Below are positions 1 to 14,303 of a stretch of 64,000 nt of DNA, piece after piece. The notes beneath the pieces were generated by a model. It made no database searches. It had not been told where the DNA came from and saw only the letters and a program-made list of their open reading frames with translations. The first letter of the stretch is position 1; every line of letters starts with the position of its first letter. The stretch is from Basidiobolus meristosporus CBS 931.73 (lineage: Eukaryota; Fungi; Basidiobolomycota). A program made the position numbers and the translations under genes. The stretch covers positions 154,346 through 218,345 of the forward strand of contig MCFE01000031.1 in assembly GCA_002104905.1 (NCBI GenBank). Reading direction: 5' to 3'.

Positions 1-94
1 ATGATTTAGGTAACATTGAATTCAAACCAATTTTATTTAGCATACATTCAAACTACGAGGAGAGCATGACTGCAGTCCACACAGTAGGTTCCAT

Positions 95-1702
95 TTAGGC
101 TCTACCAAGGCGTTTCTTGAGTTCCTGAATCATCTCGCTTCTAGAAATAGTGACACCACCGGCATTTTCTTGCTGTTTGGCTGACATATCTTTGATCTTA
201 ACGATTCCTTGCTCTAATTCATCCTTTCCAATAATAACTGCCCAGGGAATTCTGTCGCGATCACAGACGCTGAATTGTGCCTGGAGTTTGGGCTTGGCCT
301 TGTACATGTATTCTGCTTTAATGCCACTCTCCCAGAGTTCGGTGGCAATCTGCATACGCTCTTCAAGAAGACCATCACCGACTGCGATGACATATACTTC
401 GCACTCATTGGATTTAATGCTCTCCAATTGGCTTCTTCTCATGATGATGGAGAACACACGCTCGACACCAATGCTAAGTCCGACACAGGGGATGTTGCTC
501 TTTTTGCTACCACCGGCAAACATACCAACCAAGTTGTCGTAACGACCTCCGGCGGAAACGGATCCGATACGAGTTTGACTGTCATCATCACCAGCTTCCT
601 TGGCCTTCTTCTTCATTTCAGCGGTGATTTCTGGGAGAAGATTTTCTTCGACTACTGCCTCATAAATGACACCGGTATAGTAATCCAATCCTCTGGCAAG
701 ACTGAGATCAAAGGAGACATACTCCAAAACTTTGAAAATCTCAAGATATCTCAAGAATAGCTTCATGTCATTAAGACCAGCCTTGGCGCTAGCGTTGGCC
801 ATCAACACATCGTCTTGCTCCAATTTCTCCAAAAGATCCCGTCCACCCTTAAGTTTGACATATTCGCCAATCTTATCGGCAACAGCCCCATCGAGTCCCT
901 TATCTTGAGTCATCTCCTTACGGACATCAGCCCAAGGCATCTTATCCAACTTATCAACAGCAGAGGAGATGGTACGGATTTTGTCGGCGGGAACGCCACA
1001 AACTTCGAAGAGACCGTCGAGAATCTTTCTGTGGTTTACTTTAATGGTGAACTTTCCTACATCCAATGCGCTAAGGATCTCGACAACGATGCGGATGACC
1101 TCGGAATCAGGCACCATAGGCTCGTAGGTTCCGGCAATATCAAAATCGCACTGATAGAATTCTCTCATTCTACCCTTGGTCATAGCAGGCTGGTCACGAC
1201 GGTAGACCTTAGCAATTTGGTAGCGTTTGATGTTTTGGTAAGTAGTACCGTTCATTGCCAAGAAACGGGCAAAGGGAACAGTAAGGTCGTAACGAAGGGC
1301 ACATTTTTCACCACCTTGGTCTTCAAGATCGTAGATAAGTTTGCTATCTTCTCCGTATTTACCGGTCAAGATTTCTTTGAGCTCAAAGACTGGTGTATCA
1401 ATCGTGACACCACCGTGACGTTTGAAGACGTTGATGATGGTGGAGAAGATGTGTTCACGAATGGCCATTTCCTTGTCGTTGTAATCTTTGGTACCCTTGG
1501 GAGTCTTCAAAGTGAAGGCATTGCCCTTCTTCTTCTTGCCATCGGTGCTTTCACCTGTAAGTGCAGCAAGTTGCTTTTTCAAGCCCAGTAGGACGGCGAC
1601 TTCAGCATCAACCTCCGCCTTGTCAGCGTTTGAAATTTTGAGGGCACGTACTTTGTCCCCGACTTGGGTGATGGACTCTTTGAGGGATTCGACACTAGTC
1701 AT
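95..1702 (-). CDS. HTS1: Histidyl-tRNA synthetase (class II, N-terminal WHEP-like helix), intronless
   Basis: [56 protein letters not shown] motifs. First ATG is at 1702; the track start at 1726 is a TTG. Confidence 0.97.
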   Translation of the reverse strand: MTSVESLKESITQVGDKVRALKISNADKAEVDAEVAVLLGLKKQLAALTGESTDGKKKKGNAFTLKTPKGTKDYNDKEMAIREHIFSTIINVFKRHGGVTIDTPVFELKEILTGKYGEDSKLIYDLEDQGGEKCALRYDLTVPFARFLAMNGTTYQNIKRYQIAKVYRRDQPAMTKGRMREFYQCDFDIAGTYEPMVPDSEVIRIVVEILSALDVGKFTIKVNHRKILDGLFEVCGVPADKIRTISSAVDKLDKMPWADVRKEMTQDKGLDGAVADKIGEYVKLKGGRDLLEKLEQDDVLMANASAKAGLNDMKLFLRYLEIFKVLEYVSFDLSLARGLDYYTGVIYEAVVEENLLPEITAEMKKKAKEAGDDDSQTRIGSVSAGGRYDNLVGMFAGGSKKSNIPCVGLSIGVERVFSIIMRRSQLESIKSNECEVYVIAVGDGLLEERMQIATELWESGIKAEYMYKAKPKLQAQFSVCDRDRIPWAVIIGKDELEQGIVKIKDMSAKQQENAGGVTISRSEMIQELKKRLGRA

Positions 1703-2008
1703 AACTGTAAGGCTACTTTGGGCCAAAGTGGCTTCTCACTGTATGGCCGCCTTCTAGGGGAATTTTTTTTCATTTTTTCGATTTTTTTAACACAACATAC
1801 ACTCCGATTACCTTGATCAATCGATTTGTGAAGTCGGATAGCGCTAATCAAGCGACTGATCCATCAATCTCGGCAGATATCTTGGGTTGCCACACAATGA
1901 GTAATAATGAGAAAGACAAGATTCGCTTCAAGTGACGAAGTGATTTATTGAAATCTGTACAAAATATACCATGTGAGGTGTAGAACCAAGGTGCCAATAA
2001 ATGCGCGC

Positions 2009-3355
2009 TTATTCACGTCCGGTGAGCTCTTTGGTTTCTTGAACAGTGGCTTCAAGATCTTCACTGACGTATTTATCGAAAAGATCCTGCTTTCTTCTTC
2101 GGACAAGAAAGCCCTCCACATCCTTCTGAGATGGAACATCCACGTGGGCAATAAACTTCACTTCGGAGTTATCCACATCGCCCTCAGCCACAGAAATGCT
2201 GGCTGGCTCTCGGGAGATGCTTCCTTCGCCTCCTTTCCTCTTCCTGCCCTTGGCGGTTCCTTGGTCATACTCCACCAGTATAAGGTCGTTGCTTTCTTCC
2301 AACCTAGCCCTCACTTGAAGGGAAAACCGGGTTCAGTACGGAGCCTGTTTCCGAAGGTAAACAAGGATACTTACGCTCTTTCTCTTGCTTTTCCTCGTAT
2401 TCCAATAAAATACCATCGTCTTCATCGCGATAGCCGTAATAGTCGGCATTGACATTCTTATACATCTCGTAGCGCGACTTGGATTCTACCTCTTGAGCGG
2501 CTGGATTCACCCGTAGCGAAGTTGGCCGTAAGTACGCTATTCACTGATTGGCCAGATAAATACGTTACCTTCCACTTCAAACAACTCCTTCACCCCAGGC
2601 AGCTCTCTCGCTCGACCAAAGTACCTAGAAAAGATGAAAAGTGAGGGGCAGTCCACCGGCAAGCCTTAATCTCGGAGATTTTACTTGTATCCACGGTTCC
2701 CAGGCACCGATTTGCCTTCATTGTCAATTATTCGCGGTGCTATTCTCTAATTACGCGAATTGAACGTGAGCTTATTCTGGTGTTGACGAACAGTCGACTC
2801 GACTGAACTATACCCTATAATCCGGACCGCCTAGATCTTTTATCTGTCTTTCCCAATGACCCTTCTCTCGAATGAGCTTGTTGATCTCGTCGTTCATATC
2901 TCTGACCTGATAATCCGAAAGTCCGGCTGTCAATGAAAGAGGTAAAAGTAAGTATACGGCATTATGGCGGCCTCACTCGATACACTCCAGCCAAACTAGT
3001 ACGATCCTACTAGATTTATACATACAGTTCTGGATCTGGGTCACTTTGCGAGAAATTTCGTTGATAATTTGACGTCTCCATTTCTCTGCTTCCGGTAAAC
3101 TACGGCACTCTGAGGCTAGATAAGGTCTGCGCTCATTCTTGTTGAATCCTAGTTCTGCGGCTCTGGCATCGCGGAACCGATGGAGCATAGATCTGGAAAA
3201 TAAATTACACGCTTTCTTAGTAAACAATGGTCGGAATGGGAGCCAAGGTGGGCGGGTATTACTGAGCCTTTTCTTCATTACGTGCCTAGATAGGGTTAGG
3301 TAGGTATGTTTAGAGACATGTTTGGGTGTAACGAGTAAAACGGAGAACATACCAT
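2009..3355 (-). CDS. ISY1: Pre-mRNA splicing factor Isy1 (multi-exon; ATG-only first exon)
   Basis: Spliced reading [84 protein letters not shown]; GT-AG introns. Confidence 0.93.
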
Positions 3356-3638
3356 CTCTACGATACAGGTTCGCTTGTACAAGCAACGGTGGAGGAAGTT
3401 GGATTAAAAGGGAGGTTTAATCAAAAACGGCAAGATATCCCGACTCGCAACAATCTAATCAACCTGCGAGCATTTCGTGACGACGGGCATCCCCTCCGAA
3501 ATTTTTGAATTTGAAATTTCCAAATCATGGGATTCCGAATTGGAAAAAAGATTTTGAATTTATTCGTCTAAGAAAAACTTTTGCTTAGTTGTGTTTGCCG
3601 AGACTCAAGCTTATCAGTACTTCGTCTTTATTTTGAAT

Positions 3639-4245
3639 ATGAGTTTCGTTAGCAGAGCATTCCAAGCGATAAATAGGGTTAAATGCGCCGGTTTCAGACC
3701 CAGAGGGATGGAGGAATTTTTCGAGGGTGGCATGGCCCTTCCCAAGGAGCAGCCCAAGACCGGTAAAGTCTTTCTCTCTCTTCCCAGACAACCAGACATC
3801 CTCCTAACCACCAGCGTTCAACATGTATAGGCCGCTCTTGGAGAGCCGGAGAGTTGCGTAACAAGAGTTTCGAAGACCTGCATAAGCTTTGGTATGTTGT
3901 GCTCAAGGAACGCAACATGTTGGCCAGTCAAAATGAAGAAGCCAAGCGTTGGGGAATCACCGAGCAATTCTTCACCAACAAGACCAGAGTCATTAAGGTT
4001 TGTTGAGTGGTTTATTTCCTTTGCAGGGTTTCCGTGTGAACTTCTGGCTCACCCGGTGCTTTCGCTTTCTCTAGTGCAAGAAGACCATGGCCAGAATCAA
4101 GTCGGTCCTCAACGAGCGTCGCATAGAATGGGAGAAGGCACAGAAAATCGTCAAGCAAAATGCCAAGGATGAAGCACCCACTGTTACTGAAACCACTGGC
4201 CGTAAGAGCTCCAAGAACAGAACTAAGGGCGCTAAGCATCAATAG
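3639..4245 (+). CDS. MRPL4: Mitochondrial ribosomal protein uL29m (MRPL47/Mrpl4 family), 2 introns
   Basis: Spliced [49 protein letters not shown]. Confidence 0.92.
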
Positions 4246-4312
4246 ACATCCCCTTCATTATACATATACACAGTGAGATAATAACAATAAACACATTCAT
4301 CATGCATATTTG

Positions 4313-5575
4313 TTATAAAGATCGGTTCCATTGGTATGGCGGAGGTGTATTTATGGTGCTCTGTAGTGTTGAAATCATTCCTACAAGTCCTGGTACACAA
4401 GCATTGACCTGTCGGAAAAAACCAGTTAGCATCTTACAATTCTGTGATTAAAGCTGGCTCTAACATTGCTTGGCAATAATTGTTTGGAATCTTGAAAAAG
4501 CAAAGAGTGCCCTTGAACCCCTGCTACAATCTCATATAACCATCTCTATGATACAGCCTTAGCTCTGGTTCTGTGCAATTCATGCATTCACTTGAACCTT
4601 AGGTAACTTATCCACTAGAAAAGTATCAATTCACCCATTTGCAATACTCCTAAACCAGGTGGACAGTATGTACTTTTCCGGATCCTCAATAAAGCTCATT
4701 AGATTACATTCTCTGGCTGGGCGACGATGGGAACAAATTCACTTACACCTCATGTCTAAATGTTTACCATATCCGCATACAAAGGACAGCGCATCCAAGG
4801 CTGCCGATTAATAATATTGAGTTGATTCCGTTTTCGTGGTTAATTAAAGCCAACGATTTTATGATGCATGAGGCTCTTATCATGCCGCCAAGTTGGTCTC
4901 CATCCCAAACAACCCGCCGAAATGAATTTGGCTACAGGGCCTCATCCATTAGTGGAATAAGGGGGATCCGACGCTACCAGTTTGGTAGAATGACAATGAT
5001 CAAATGTGGAGCTCCTATTAGTGCGGCATCCCTATTCATGAAGAAAAATCGAGTTAAACTTAGGCTGCATTTGAAGAAAAAATGTTCTCACCGTGTGGGA
5101 TAGGAGTACTCAGATGTAGATTACTGTTTGCTAGCCCATCACCGCGCTGCCAAATCCGACCGTAAACGGGTACATTCCCATCTTCCCTGTCACTGACGAA
5201 TCTATACAAGATCGATATCTAGGATGGCACATGCTATGGTCAACTGATGGAAAATGGGAAATGATTATCTCGAATGTGTGACCAGTGTCACTTTACGTAT
5301 ATGTTCAAAAATGTCATCTCTGATGTGAACTCCAGATAAACTTTCACACACCTGCGAGCATACTGTAAGCTCCATCGGTGAGAAAATGCTGAAATCCGGA
5401 AGGCTTGGGATTATCCTTGCCCATCCGAGAATCCCCGAGGTCCAGTTTAACCATATGACAGGATGCCCGACTGCTTTTATAACCGGCTGGGGGAAGATTA
5501 TTCGCATACTCTCACTTCCACATGAAAATACATGGCTTGGCCACCAAGATTGACTGCAATCAAGATTCTCGCCAT
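4313..5575 (-). CDS. Possible intron-rich gene of unknown function (not resolved by the ORF track)
   Basis: Series of short segments bounded by GT..AG at intron-like spacing. The last exons splice in frame (..SSECMNCTEPELRLYHRD-DSKQLLPSNVRASFNHRI-VNACVPGLVG..WNRSL*). Middle exons could not be phased unambiguously. Confidence 0.3.
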
Positions 5576-6614
5576 ATAAGGATGCCTCATTAGGAGTCAA
5601 CTGATTGTCACCAAAGTTTTGCATTCCAAAGTGAACCATGGACTGGGATCAATCGAAAATCTCATGTGGCCTGGCGCGTCGAAATGGCAGTGTAACGCAT
5701 TGTGTCATACATCCATCAGTCATCTAATGTCAGCATTGGCTAGCTGTCACTTGAGTACTTTGACATCTCGGGGGGTTTCGGAAAGCCCTTATCTCTTATC
5801 ACCCGTATCGTCAGGCTCAGAAATACTAGTAACCTGTGTAACACAGATGATCTATCCAAGCGGCGTCTAGTCTAACAGGTCGCCCACTGCGCACCATTCA
5901 ATTCATCCATAGCAGTCGCAGACACAGTCCAACCTTAAAAAAGCAAGTCTTGCAAAATCCCGATAAGTTCCACTTTGATACATCGTTAATCTCTTGATTA
6001 TTAAGACAATTAGCAGCGGGTGGCTAAATTAATTGAGTCGCCAGCATTCGAGGCCAGAACAGTAGATCCTTTGTCTATTTGATGTTACTTGTTTGTGCCG
6101 AAACGGTCGATGGAGGCTGGAGGTTTTAATTAAGGTGCGGGCTCCTGGCACGCAAGTGAGCAATTTAGTGAAATGAAATGTGTAGGGGGAGGTTGAGCTA
6201 GGCGAGTGAGCTAGGAGGTAGTTCAGTTACATCCAGGCAATCCAGGATAATCCTGCACTTATCGGCACGGAGATACATAGATTAGCCTCAGAATCGGCGG
6301 ATTCCCATGATTATCCACGCCCTTCGGAAGCGGTGATCAAGTGAGACCCTCATAATAGCTGTCAAACGGTTTGCTGGAACTAAATCAAGTAATGACAAAA
6401 CGATAGTAGCCGTTTAATGGTGACCAACCGAGTCTACAAATGGATCTGACCCTGGTGCTTGTGAACGACTTGATTAAAATACAGTACTAGTGGTGGACGG
6501 GGTGAGGCGAAAATATCAACATGCAAGGAGCGGATATCATTACATTAGTGGGGAGGAGCGGGAGTTGTACAAGAGGATGGAGAGGTGGGAATATTCAATA
6601 TTATAATGTAATCT

Positions 6615-7169
6615 CTAGTATAGCTTCTGCTTCTTCAGGTAGGAGGACTTCTTTGATAAAGATCCCGAAGAATATCTACGCTTGCTAGAGCTGGTTTCCT
6701 CTCTTTGGGCCTCTCCGGAGAATTGTATCAATTCCAGGTCGCAGCCCTGTCTTCCGAGCTCGCCATTTGCCTGGGCACTTTCGATCATGGGCTGCAGGAT
6801 TCTTCTGCGAGCGTTGATGAACCAGTTGCTGATCTGATTCATGGTGAGTTTGGTTTCCATTGCTAGGGAGATCTTTTCATCTTCAGTGGGATATGGGTGC
6901 TTCACGTGCTTGGCCAGCCATGATTTCAAAATAGCGGTGACTGCTTTGGGAAGGTTGCCCCGACGCTTCTTTTGGTTTGGTTTGGTAGGGGTGGTGATCT
7001 CGGAGCTGTTCTCAAACGAGGATGGTGCTTCAGCGTATGTGGGTGATGGGGATAGGGATGCGCTGGAGCACGATGAGTCGGAGCTTACGCTTTCCCTGTC
7101 GGCCTCATAGTGGACAGGCTCAGGGGCGTAGCTGTAGCCAGTCCATTCTTTGGCGTTGTGGAAGAGCAT
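6615..7169 (-). CDS. TALE-class (KN-type) homeobox transcription factor, Cup9/Tos8/TGIF-like
   Basis: [57 protein letters not shown]: PYP TALE loop and WFINARRR helix 3. Confidence 0.93.
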   Translation of the reverse strand: MLFHNAKEWTGYSYAPEPVHYEADRESVSSDSSCSSASLSPSPTYAEAPSSFENSSEITTPTKPNQKKRRGNLPKAVTAILKSWLAKHVKHPYPTEDEKISLAMETKLTMNQISNWFINARRRILQPMIESAQANGELGRQGCDLELIQFSGEAQREETSSSKRRYSSGSLSKKSSYLKKQKLY

Positions 7170-9778
7170 CTCTTCAATGCGCTCTTTGTGTCCGCCAATG
7201 TAGCTACGAGGTTGCTGATCATTATGAATGATGACGACAGGGCTAAATACTCGTGGCTATTGATGGAAGATGGATTAGATGGAATGTTTACATGCAGAGG
7301 AGTGTTTCATGCGAACCTTAGAATCAGGGTAAGAAAGGTGAACGGCCATGTCAAGTGTCAGTCAATAATACGATGGAACAGGTGCGATGACTATGTCGGT
7401 TGAGGAGGCACAAGAATATGGGCAGCCTAGGAACCAACGGGCCTTTTTATAGATTCCATAGCGATTGTTGATTGATGCGTGTAGTAATTCATCATTAAAA
7501 TCAGTGTAATGTGCCACAAGCATCTAAGGTGTTAAATGGTAATTACAAGGAAATGTGATAATCAGCACTCAACCGATCACAGCAACGGCTCAGTGTTTTG
7601 AGTGTTTCATTCATCGCTAGTTGTGCCTTCAGAAACCAAGTTAATAATTCAATGCTCATGCACACCACCTGAGGAATTAGGGCAAAAGGGGCATTTGGAT
7701 TGGGGTGATGTCAAAATGCGTTTGAGTTTGGACTAACTCGGTTGTTTCGCAATATTTCTGCATACAGGAGGACATGCATTAGTGAAGAATTTGTTTCAAT
7801 CGTGTAAATTCGGGTGAAATGAGCTTGAAAGGCGAGCCGTGTAACACAGCAAATTTGTTCAACTTCAGACCTGCTACGGATGATAATCTAGGTGGTGATC
7901 TCAATGTTGCATGCAATGATTTAGTCGAAAGGTATTTACAATGTAAACCGACATGTATCTACAATGCAGGCCAAACAAGTGCGTTGGAGCAACTCCCGGA
8001 TTTCTACGCTGTCCTCGAACCGGTTGGTTTGGGTTTCTCATGGCCAATTTAGTGGGAATGTTCATCACCCAAGAATGCACCACCCGTGCATTCTGCAAGG
8101 GACTGGAGGCGTGTTATGAAATTCAGCTCATCTGCCTGGTAACTGCTGCTAACCCATCGCTTCATCTTGGCTCTCTAGTCAGTGTGGTTAAGCTTTTCTC
8201 ATAGCACTTGGTTAACCAACCTTAAACGAGCCAGAACTAGGGAATTTTGAGGCGTGTGACTCCCTTCCTAAAGAGTAGCTCGTACACCCCACTGATATAA
8301 TTGATAGTGTCATTCATAAAAATTGTGGAGCGCTGAAACCTTATCAACGAAACAACCCTTTGTGGCTCTTTATCAAGCAAATCTATCCTCAGCTGATGAC
8401 TTCTTTATCGATGCAAATAAAATCACGGATAAATTAGTTTCTACGAAGCTTGAGCGCATCTCTCGCCCTCGCCCTCACCAGTATTGCATGACCAAAATAA
8501 TCAATTAGTATTATACGTGTTGTTATATTACTCCAACCTTCCCAAAGTGGTTCGGGTTGGTCGATGGTGTTCGATGACTACTATTGCGGCATTCCTCTTG
8601 AATGATGACAGTTTGCCATTTTGGAGTGACACCTGTCATTTCTTTCCGCTCCCCGACAATCTCCGATGGCTTTCTGGTTTGTAAGCCTTTCCTATCTACA
8701 CCATTGATGTTTTGTCCGTGGGTGAATCTTGGCCGGTTGACAAATGAACAATCTTCATCTCGCATCTCGCATGTATAGTACAACACAAGTAATTGGTGTG
8801 CAACAGAAGGGTCTTCAGTGAGTGAGGTTCCGGTGTAACGGCTTCAGGCCACGAGAGATGATGAGCCACTCGGCGGATTTAAGCTTCTATTTACATTGAT
8901 GCGGATAATCTTGAGTAGTTACCAAGCAGAGTGACCACTTTTGTCTGTCAAAGTGTGGGTTTATCTGCCCAGTCTGTCCACAAATCAGTGGTCAGGGTTC
9001 CGTGACCCGTATTATTTTCGGAGGCTACTGATGTGTACTCTACCGATGTGACTGCCATGGAAAAATACTACTGCTAAATGTGCAGCCCATATCTATAATT
9101 CCGTTGGCACGGCACGTGCTTGACAATTGGGGATGCAAGTTATCTCCAAATATTTTGATGGGGCTGTTTGGTAGTATGAAATGAGTAGATGCATGTTGCC
9201 CAAGTGGAACTGGTTCAGTTTGAAGGCTCTGGAGGGGCACTCCACATTGAACAAAGGATCTTCAGTACTCTATTCCCAGGCTATAACACCCACATTGCTG
9301 ATACTGATATGAATCCTATAGCATGACTGCCCTTCACTTGAGCAATGTGGCACATGCACTATCTAGTAGCATAGCTGCAAGAAATTCAGAGGATTCAAAT
9401 ATAGACCCTAAATAGTGGTCCAATATGACTGGGCAGTGCCCAAATAGCAGCAAAACAGCCAGTATGACCAGTGATTTGAGAGGAGGTTGCTTCGAAGATA
9501 GGGGTGAGAAGGGAGTAGTTACTCATACCTAATTAAAATTGGATCCATCGACTATATACTATAGGCTGTGTCATTGGCCCCTGATATCCCCTCCTCTCCC
9601 CCTAAACATGACTTGAGGGTGCGATATGTGCGTAGTGTATAAATACAAAGGAAAATGGAGAGAATTATTTGCGATTTGAGCTGGTGAATTTGACTTCTTT
9701 GGTGTGTAGGCTTCGCGAAACCCATCTTTTCTCCTCAAGTAATCAGTCAAAATTCCGACCAACACTCACAAAGATAGG

Positions 9779-10320
9779 ATGTCCCAACGCAGGACTGGGT
9801 ATTCCATTTGTTATAATTGTGGCGCTCCTGGACACCAAGCGAAACAGTGCAGTAAGGCAGAACCCGTCTGGTAATTAGTTAATTTTCTCTAGGCCAATAT
9901 CCCAATCGTAACCAATGAACATCTACTAGCTACAACTGCAACGAGACTGGCCACCTTAGCCGGGACTGTGACGAACCAGTTGCTACCAAAAAGTGTTATC
10001 GTTGCGAGTCGACTGAACATTTGTCGCGAGACTGCCCTGTAACTCTAGCCGACGGACCCGAGTGCTACAAGTGCGGCAAGTCTGGCCATTATGCAATTGG
10101 ATGCCCCGAAAATGTTGGCAAGTTCAACAAATCGTGCTTTACTTGTGGTGAGTTTGGCCACCGATCCAAGGATTGCACGAACGAAAGCAAATGCTACAGC
10201 TGCGGTAAGACCGGACATATCTCCACCGATTGCTCACAAGTAGGCCAAGTCTGCTATGGATGCGGTGAGAATGGTCACATCAAGAGTGACTGTCCTGATA
10301 GAATGGCTAAGGTCAACTAA
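9779..10320 (+). CDS. GIS2: CNBP/Gis2-like multi-CCHC zinc-knuckle RNA-binding protein, 1 intron
   Basis: Repeated CX2CX4HX4C knuckles (CYNCGAPGHQAKQC, CYNCNETGHLSRDC, CYKCGKSGHYAIGC, CFTCGEFGHRSKDC, etc.). Confidence 0.9.
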
Positions 10321-10515
10321 AAGCAATTTCCCACCAATCCTAGCCCATAATTTATTCTTTTACCCAAGAGCCTCTTCATAAATAAATACTGGTTGAACGT
10401 TACTGACATCAATTATTGGTCCCATGACGAATCCCTGATCTTTCCAATTTGATTAGAAATTCTCTCACCAAGGACTTTGGGCAGTATTGTGCTTTAGGCG
10501 CTCACCTCCGCCAGT

Positions 10516-11333
10516 ATGATAAAGTCAGTGCTGATATTCAATAATCACGGGAAGCCTCGGTTGATGAAATTCTACCAGCAGATCGTAAGAACACTGAGTC
10601 TACCTCGAGCATCTTTCGAAACCATCGGTTTACTTACATTGGTTTCCCTCTTAGGATGTTACTATTCAACAAAAGATTCTAGAGGAAATATTCAGTCTGG
10701 TCTCTGAAAGACTAGATACCGAGTGCAACTTTCTGGAGGGAAGCACGCTTTTGGGGGGACCTGACACTCGCATCATTTATCGAAACTACGCGACTTTGTA
10801 CTTTGTGTTTGTGGTGGATTCCTCGGAGAGCGAGCTCGGAATATTAGACCTGATTCAGGTAAGTAGGACCCCCCTGTCGCTACCATATCCTTTTACTTAT
10901 ATAGAGCACGAAACAGGTGTTTGTCGAAAGCTTGGACCGCTGTTTTGAGAATGTCTGCGAGCTCGACTTGGTATTTTAAACACGACTTTAAGTTATTCCT
11001 CCCCTCTTTCTAATAGCTTACATCCCCCCCCCCTACCTGTAGATTTTCCATTGGGAGGAGGTAATTAATGGCAGTTGATATTTCTGTTCAACCCTCACTT
11101 TCTAATTCTCTGGTTTAGATTCATCATATTTTAGCTGAAGTGGTCACCGGTGGTATGGTAAGTGCACAATATCAGACAACATGAATATAAGCTAACACTG
11201 CCCTGTGCAGGTTCTTGAGACGGACCTTGAGAAGATTACCCTAGCTATCCGGGAGGCAAACAAGTTGAAGAAGTCCAGTAGCTATACAATGTCTTCCATG
11301 AAACTAGATCAGCGTAGAAACTTCATTGGATAA
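10516..11333 (+). CDS. APS3: AP-3 adaptor complex sigma subunit, multi-exon
   Basis: MIKSVLIFNNHGKPRLMKFY..IIYRNYATLYFVFVVDSSESELGILDLIQVFVESLDRCFENVCELDLIFH. Confidence 0.93.
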
Positions 11334-11819
11334 ACACGACATCTTGTAAAATATTCAGCCACTCCTTTGAGATGTAAAGCTTTAATCACCTAGAGGGATG
11401 TTATGTAAATCTTTGGCGCACTTCACTTTCAGAAAGTATAGATCCATCAAAATAAATCAGCGTCACTGAAAAATTTTTGGTCTTCAATCATGCATCCTAT
11501 CACGTGGGAGGGTGGTGAACTCCAAAGTGCGATGAATTTAGGTTAAAATCCCAAGGACAGGATTCAACTTAGGCATACTGCTAAACAAAGCATTCATTTA
11601 TTTGTGGGATTTTTTTTTACTCTATTAAAGCTGCACCATTCCCTTCTTTCTTTTCCCAAGGGCAGCGAATATACACGAATACAAATATACCATATTTTAA
11701 GCTATTTGGTAAGCCCCTAGAGATAAACCCTTGGTTTTTTTTCTATTTTCCTCCGGCGGTATTTTTATGAAGCCAAGTTACGAGCCATTCTAATCTCTCT
11801 CACACTCGATCGGTAGATA

Positions 11820-12792
11820 ATGTCAGACCAAGAAAACCCCACCTCCAGCGATGTCAATGGAGTTGAACCTGCTCAAGAGACCCCCGAAAACAACGTCGAC
11901 GTCGACGTCGCCGATGTAGACGAAGTACAGTTCGATTAACTCGCTCGCCAACGCCCACCAGAACGTGTCTAATGCAATCTTGATTTTTCTTAGGAACTAG
12001 AGGCGATGAAGCAACGTGTTCAAGAAATGGAGCAGGAGGCTGCTAAGCTAAGAGAAATGCAGGCCCAAGTCGAGCAAGAAATGAACATGAACGCCTCCTC
12101 TGGTAAAGAAGTCTTCAGTTTGAGTTTGATTCTGCACATCTAACGACGCGATCTACTTGCATCCTTTCAGAGGATCAGGAAACTCTCGATTCTCGCTCAA
12201 TCTATGTTGGGAACGTAAGCGGATCCAGGGTTGTTTATTTATTGGTGATGCGCTTTTAGCTAAACACCTTCATGGTATTTAGGTTGACTATGGCTCCACT
12301 CCTGAAGAACTTCAAGCACATTTTCAGTCATGCGGCACCATCAACCGTATTACTATTATTTGTGATAAATGGAGCGGTCATCCCAAGGGGTATAGTGTGG
12401 CATATTTTAGACTGGAAAATTCGATCATCCATTAATATCAAATTTACTTAGTTATGCCTACATCGAGTTCGCTGATAACTCTTCAGTCACTAATGCAATG
12501 GTGCTAAACGAGTCACTGTTCCGAGGCCGTTTACTTAAGGTATGTGAACCTTACACTCGGTTAGCTGATCCCAGCTTGCTCATTGTACATAAATCAGGTT
12601 ACGCCGAAGCGAACCAACATCCCAGGTATGACTCGTGGTCGAGGTCGCGGTAGAGGATTCCGAGGCGGATTTAGAGGAGGCCGTGCCATGCATAGGTTTG
12701 TACATGGAATGCATACTGGACTTTGGTGATCGCCACTAACCACGCTTCTGCGGGCATCCAGGGGACGTCGCGGCTATTTCTCTCCTTATTAG
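11820..12792 (+). CDS. PABPN1: Nuclear poly(A)-binding protein (PABPN1/Pab2/Sgn1-like RRM), multi-exon
   Basis: [23 protein letters not shown] coiled coil; [48 protein letters not shown]; RGG tail ending YFSPY*. Confidence 0.93.
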
Positions 12793-13512
12793 GTACATTT
12801 GGTGTGGTTTCTGTGATTGCTTTTTGGAGAATATCAGCTCTCAAAATTGGTCCTTTCATTCAATATTTTCCTATATATATACTATTTAAAAATCCGGATA
12901 TTTTCCCAATATTTTTGCAACATTTAAAGAATATTTTAGACCACCAATGTTTGTTGTTCAGTTGTGTCAAAGGGGAGAGATGAACAGAAAGAAATGAGTA
13001 AAAACGCCAAGATTGACAAGTCCCAAGAAACCATGGGTTTGATAGATATTCGTCAAGATCGATTGTATATACACTCGCAATAAATCCCATCAATCAAGTT
13101 CAACATCCATGCAAGCCAGGTGGCATCTCACCTTAGATTGGGTCGCTTCCACTGGGATCGTTTTAGCCAGCTCAGCAATTATCGATCAACAATCTCTAAT
13201 TTTCTTTACTTGGAAATCGTTTTTCAAGCTGGTCGTGTGTTACTTAAACAGGCTTTATTGGAAGAGTTTCAAACGGGAAATACCTTTCCAGGCTGTTTAT
13301 GAGAAATTCCCTTATTCCAAAATGCCATATAGGGTAAGCTTGTAGAAGAATTACCAGTAAAGGAACCTGGATGTTTTAAAAGAACGAAATCGCTGTTTAT
13401 AGTCAACCCAACATCTAATTCTCTACGTATAAAAGCCTGCAGCAGGTGAAGGGCAAAGCCATTTTAGTGACCCCTCAAAGACCCTTCTAAGTGTTGTAAA
13501 TACTAAACAAAC

Positions 13513-14303
13513 ATGAGTATCTTCACCGCCAACTCACAACACGAAAACTGGCTCTTGTGGATGATGGCTGATTCTGCCTTGCCAACTGGTGGTTTCGTAG
13601 CTTCCTCTGGTCTTGAAGCCTCCGTCCAAGCTGGTTATGTCCATAACGAGGAGACCCTCCTGAAATTCATTTCTTCGAGTGTACATAATTACGCACTCTC
13701 TACCCTTCCTTTCGTTACCAAGGCATATGAGATTTCCCAGTCTGAAAGTACCGATGATGAGAAGGTGGAGCAGCTCATCAAGCTTGACGATTTCTATGAG
13801 GCTTCCACTTCCAATGCCATCACCAAAAGAGCCTCCAAAGCCCAAGGAACGGCCATGTTGATGTTGTTGAGCAAGAGTTTCGGACAACTTTCCAAATCTG
13901 TGGTGGGGACCAAGCTGAAGCTACAAGTCAGATTGGGAAGAATTGGTGGTCATCTTCCTGTCTGTTTTGGTATGGCTTGTCAGCACTTGAACGTCAGTCT
14001 GAGTAAGTTGGAAGCATTTTCTTTGTCAGCGAAACCCAACAAACTAACCCTCCTCTTCTAGGCAATACCCAGGAACTTTTCCTATTCTTGTTCGTACGCG
14101 CCATCATCTCTGCTGCCGTACGTCTCAACCTGGTTGGCCCATACTACGCTCAAACCCTTTTGGCTCAATGCCAGGAATTCACGGAAGAAGCCTGGAAGCT
14201 TGGCCGTGATGTTCAACCAGAAGATGCCGCACAGTCTTCACCATTATTAGATATCATTCAAGGAACCCATGACCACCTTTACTCTAGAATCTTCAACAGT
14301 TAG
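13513..14303 (+). CDS. ureF: Urease accessory protein UreF, 1 intron
   Basis: MADSALPTGGFVASSGLE N-terminal motif; ..AAVRLNLVGPY..QGTHDHLYSRIFNS C-terminus. Confidence 0.92.

Noticed and set aside
815-1591. Long antisense ORFs over HTS1, PDHX (18852-19448), RPL23 (17785-18243) and NAC-alpha (44951-45520)
   Set aside because: Shadow frames expected from codon bias of well-expressed genes; no recognisable domains.
2360-2372. Other RTATCCTT hits (ISY1 about 2365, AP-3 sigma about 10885, COQ2 about 38802)
   Set aside because: They lie just inside a GTAAGT intron, mid-intron, or in coding sequence after an acceptor; using them as donors breaks the frame.
7200-9760. Long ORF-poor region upstream of the homeobox gene
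   Set aside because: No repeats, RNA gene or coding signal I could support; compatible with an extended regulatory region.
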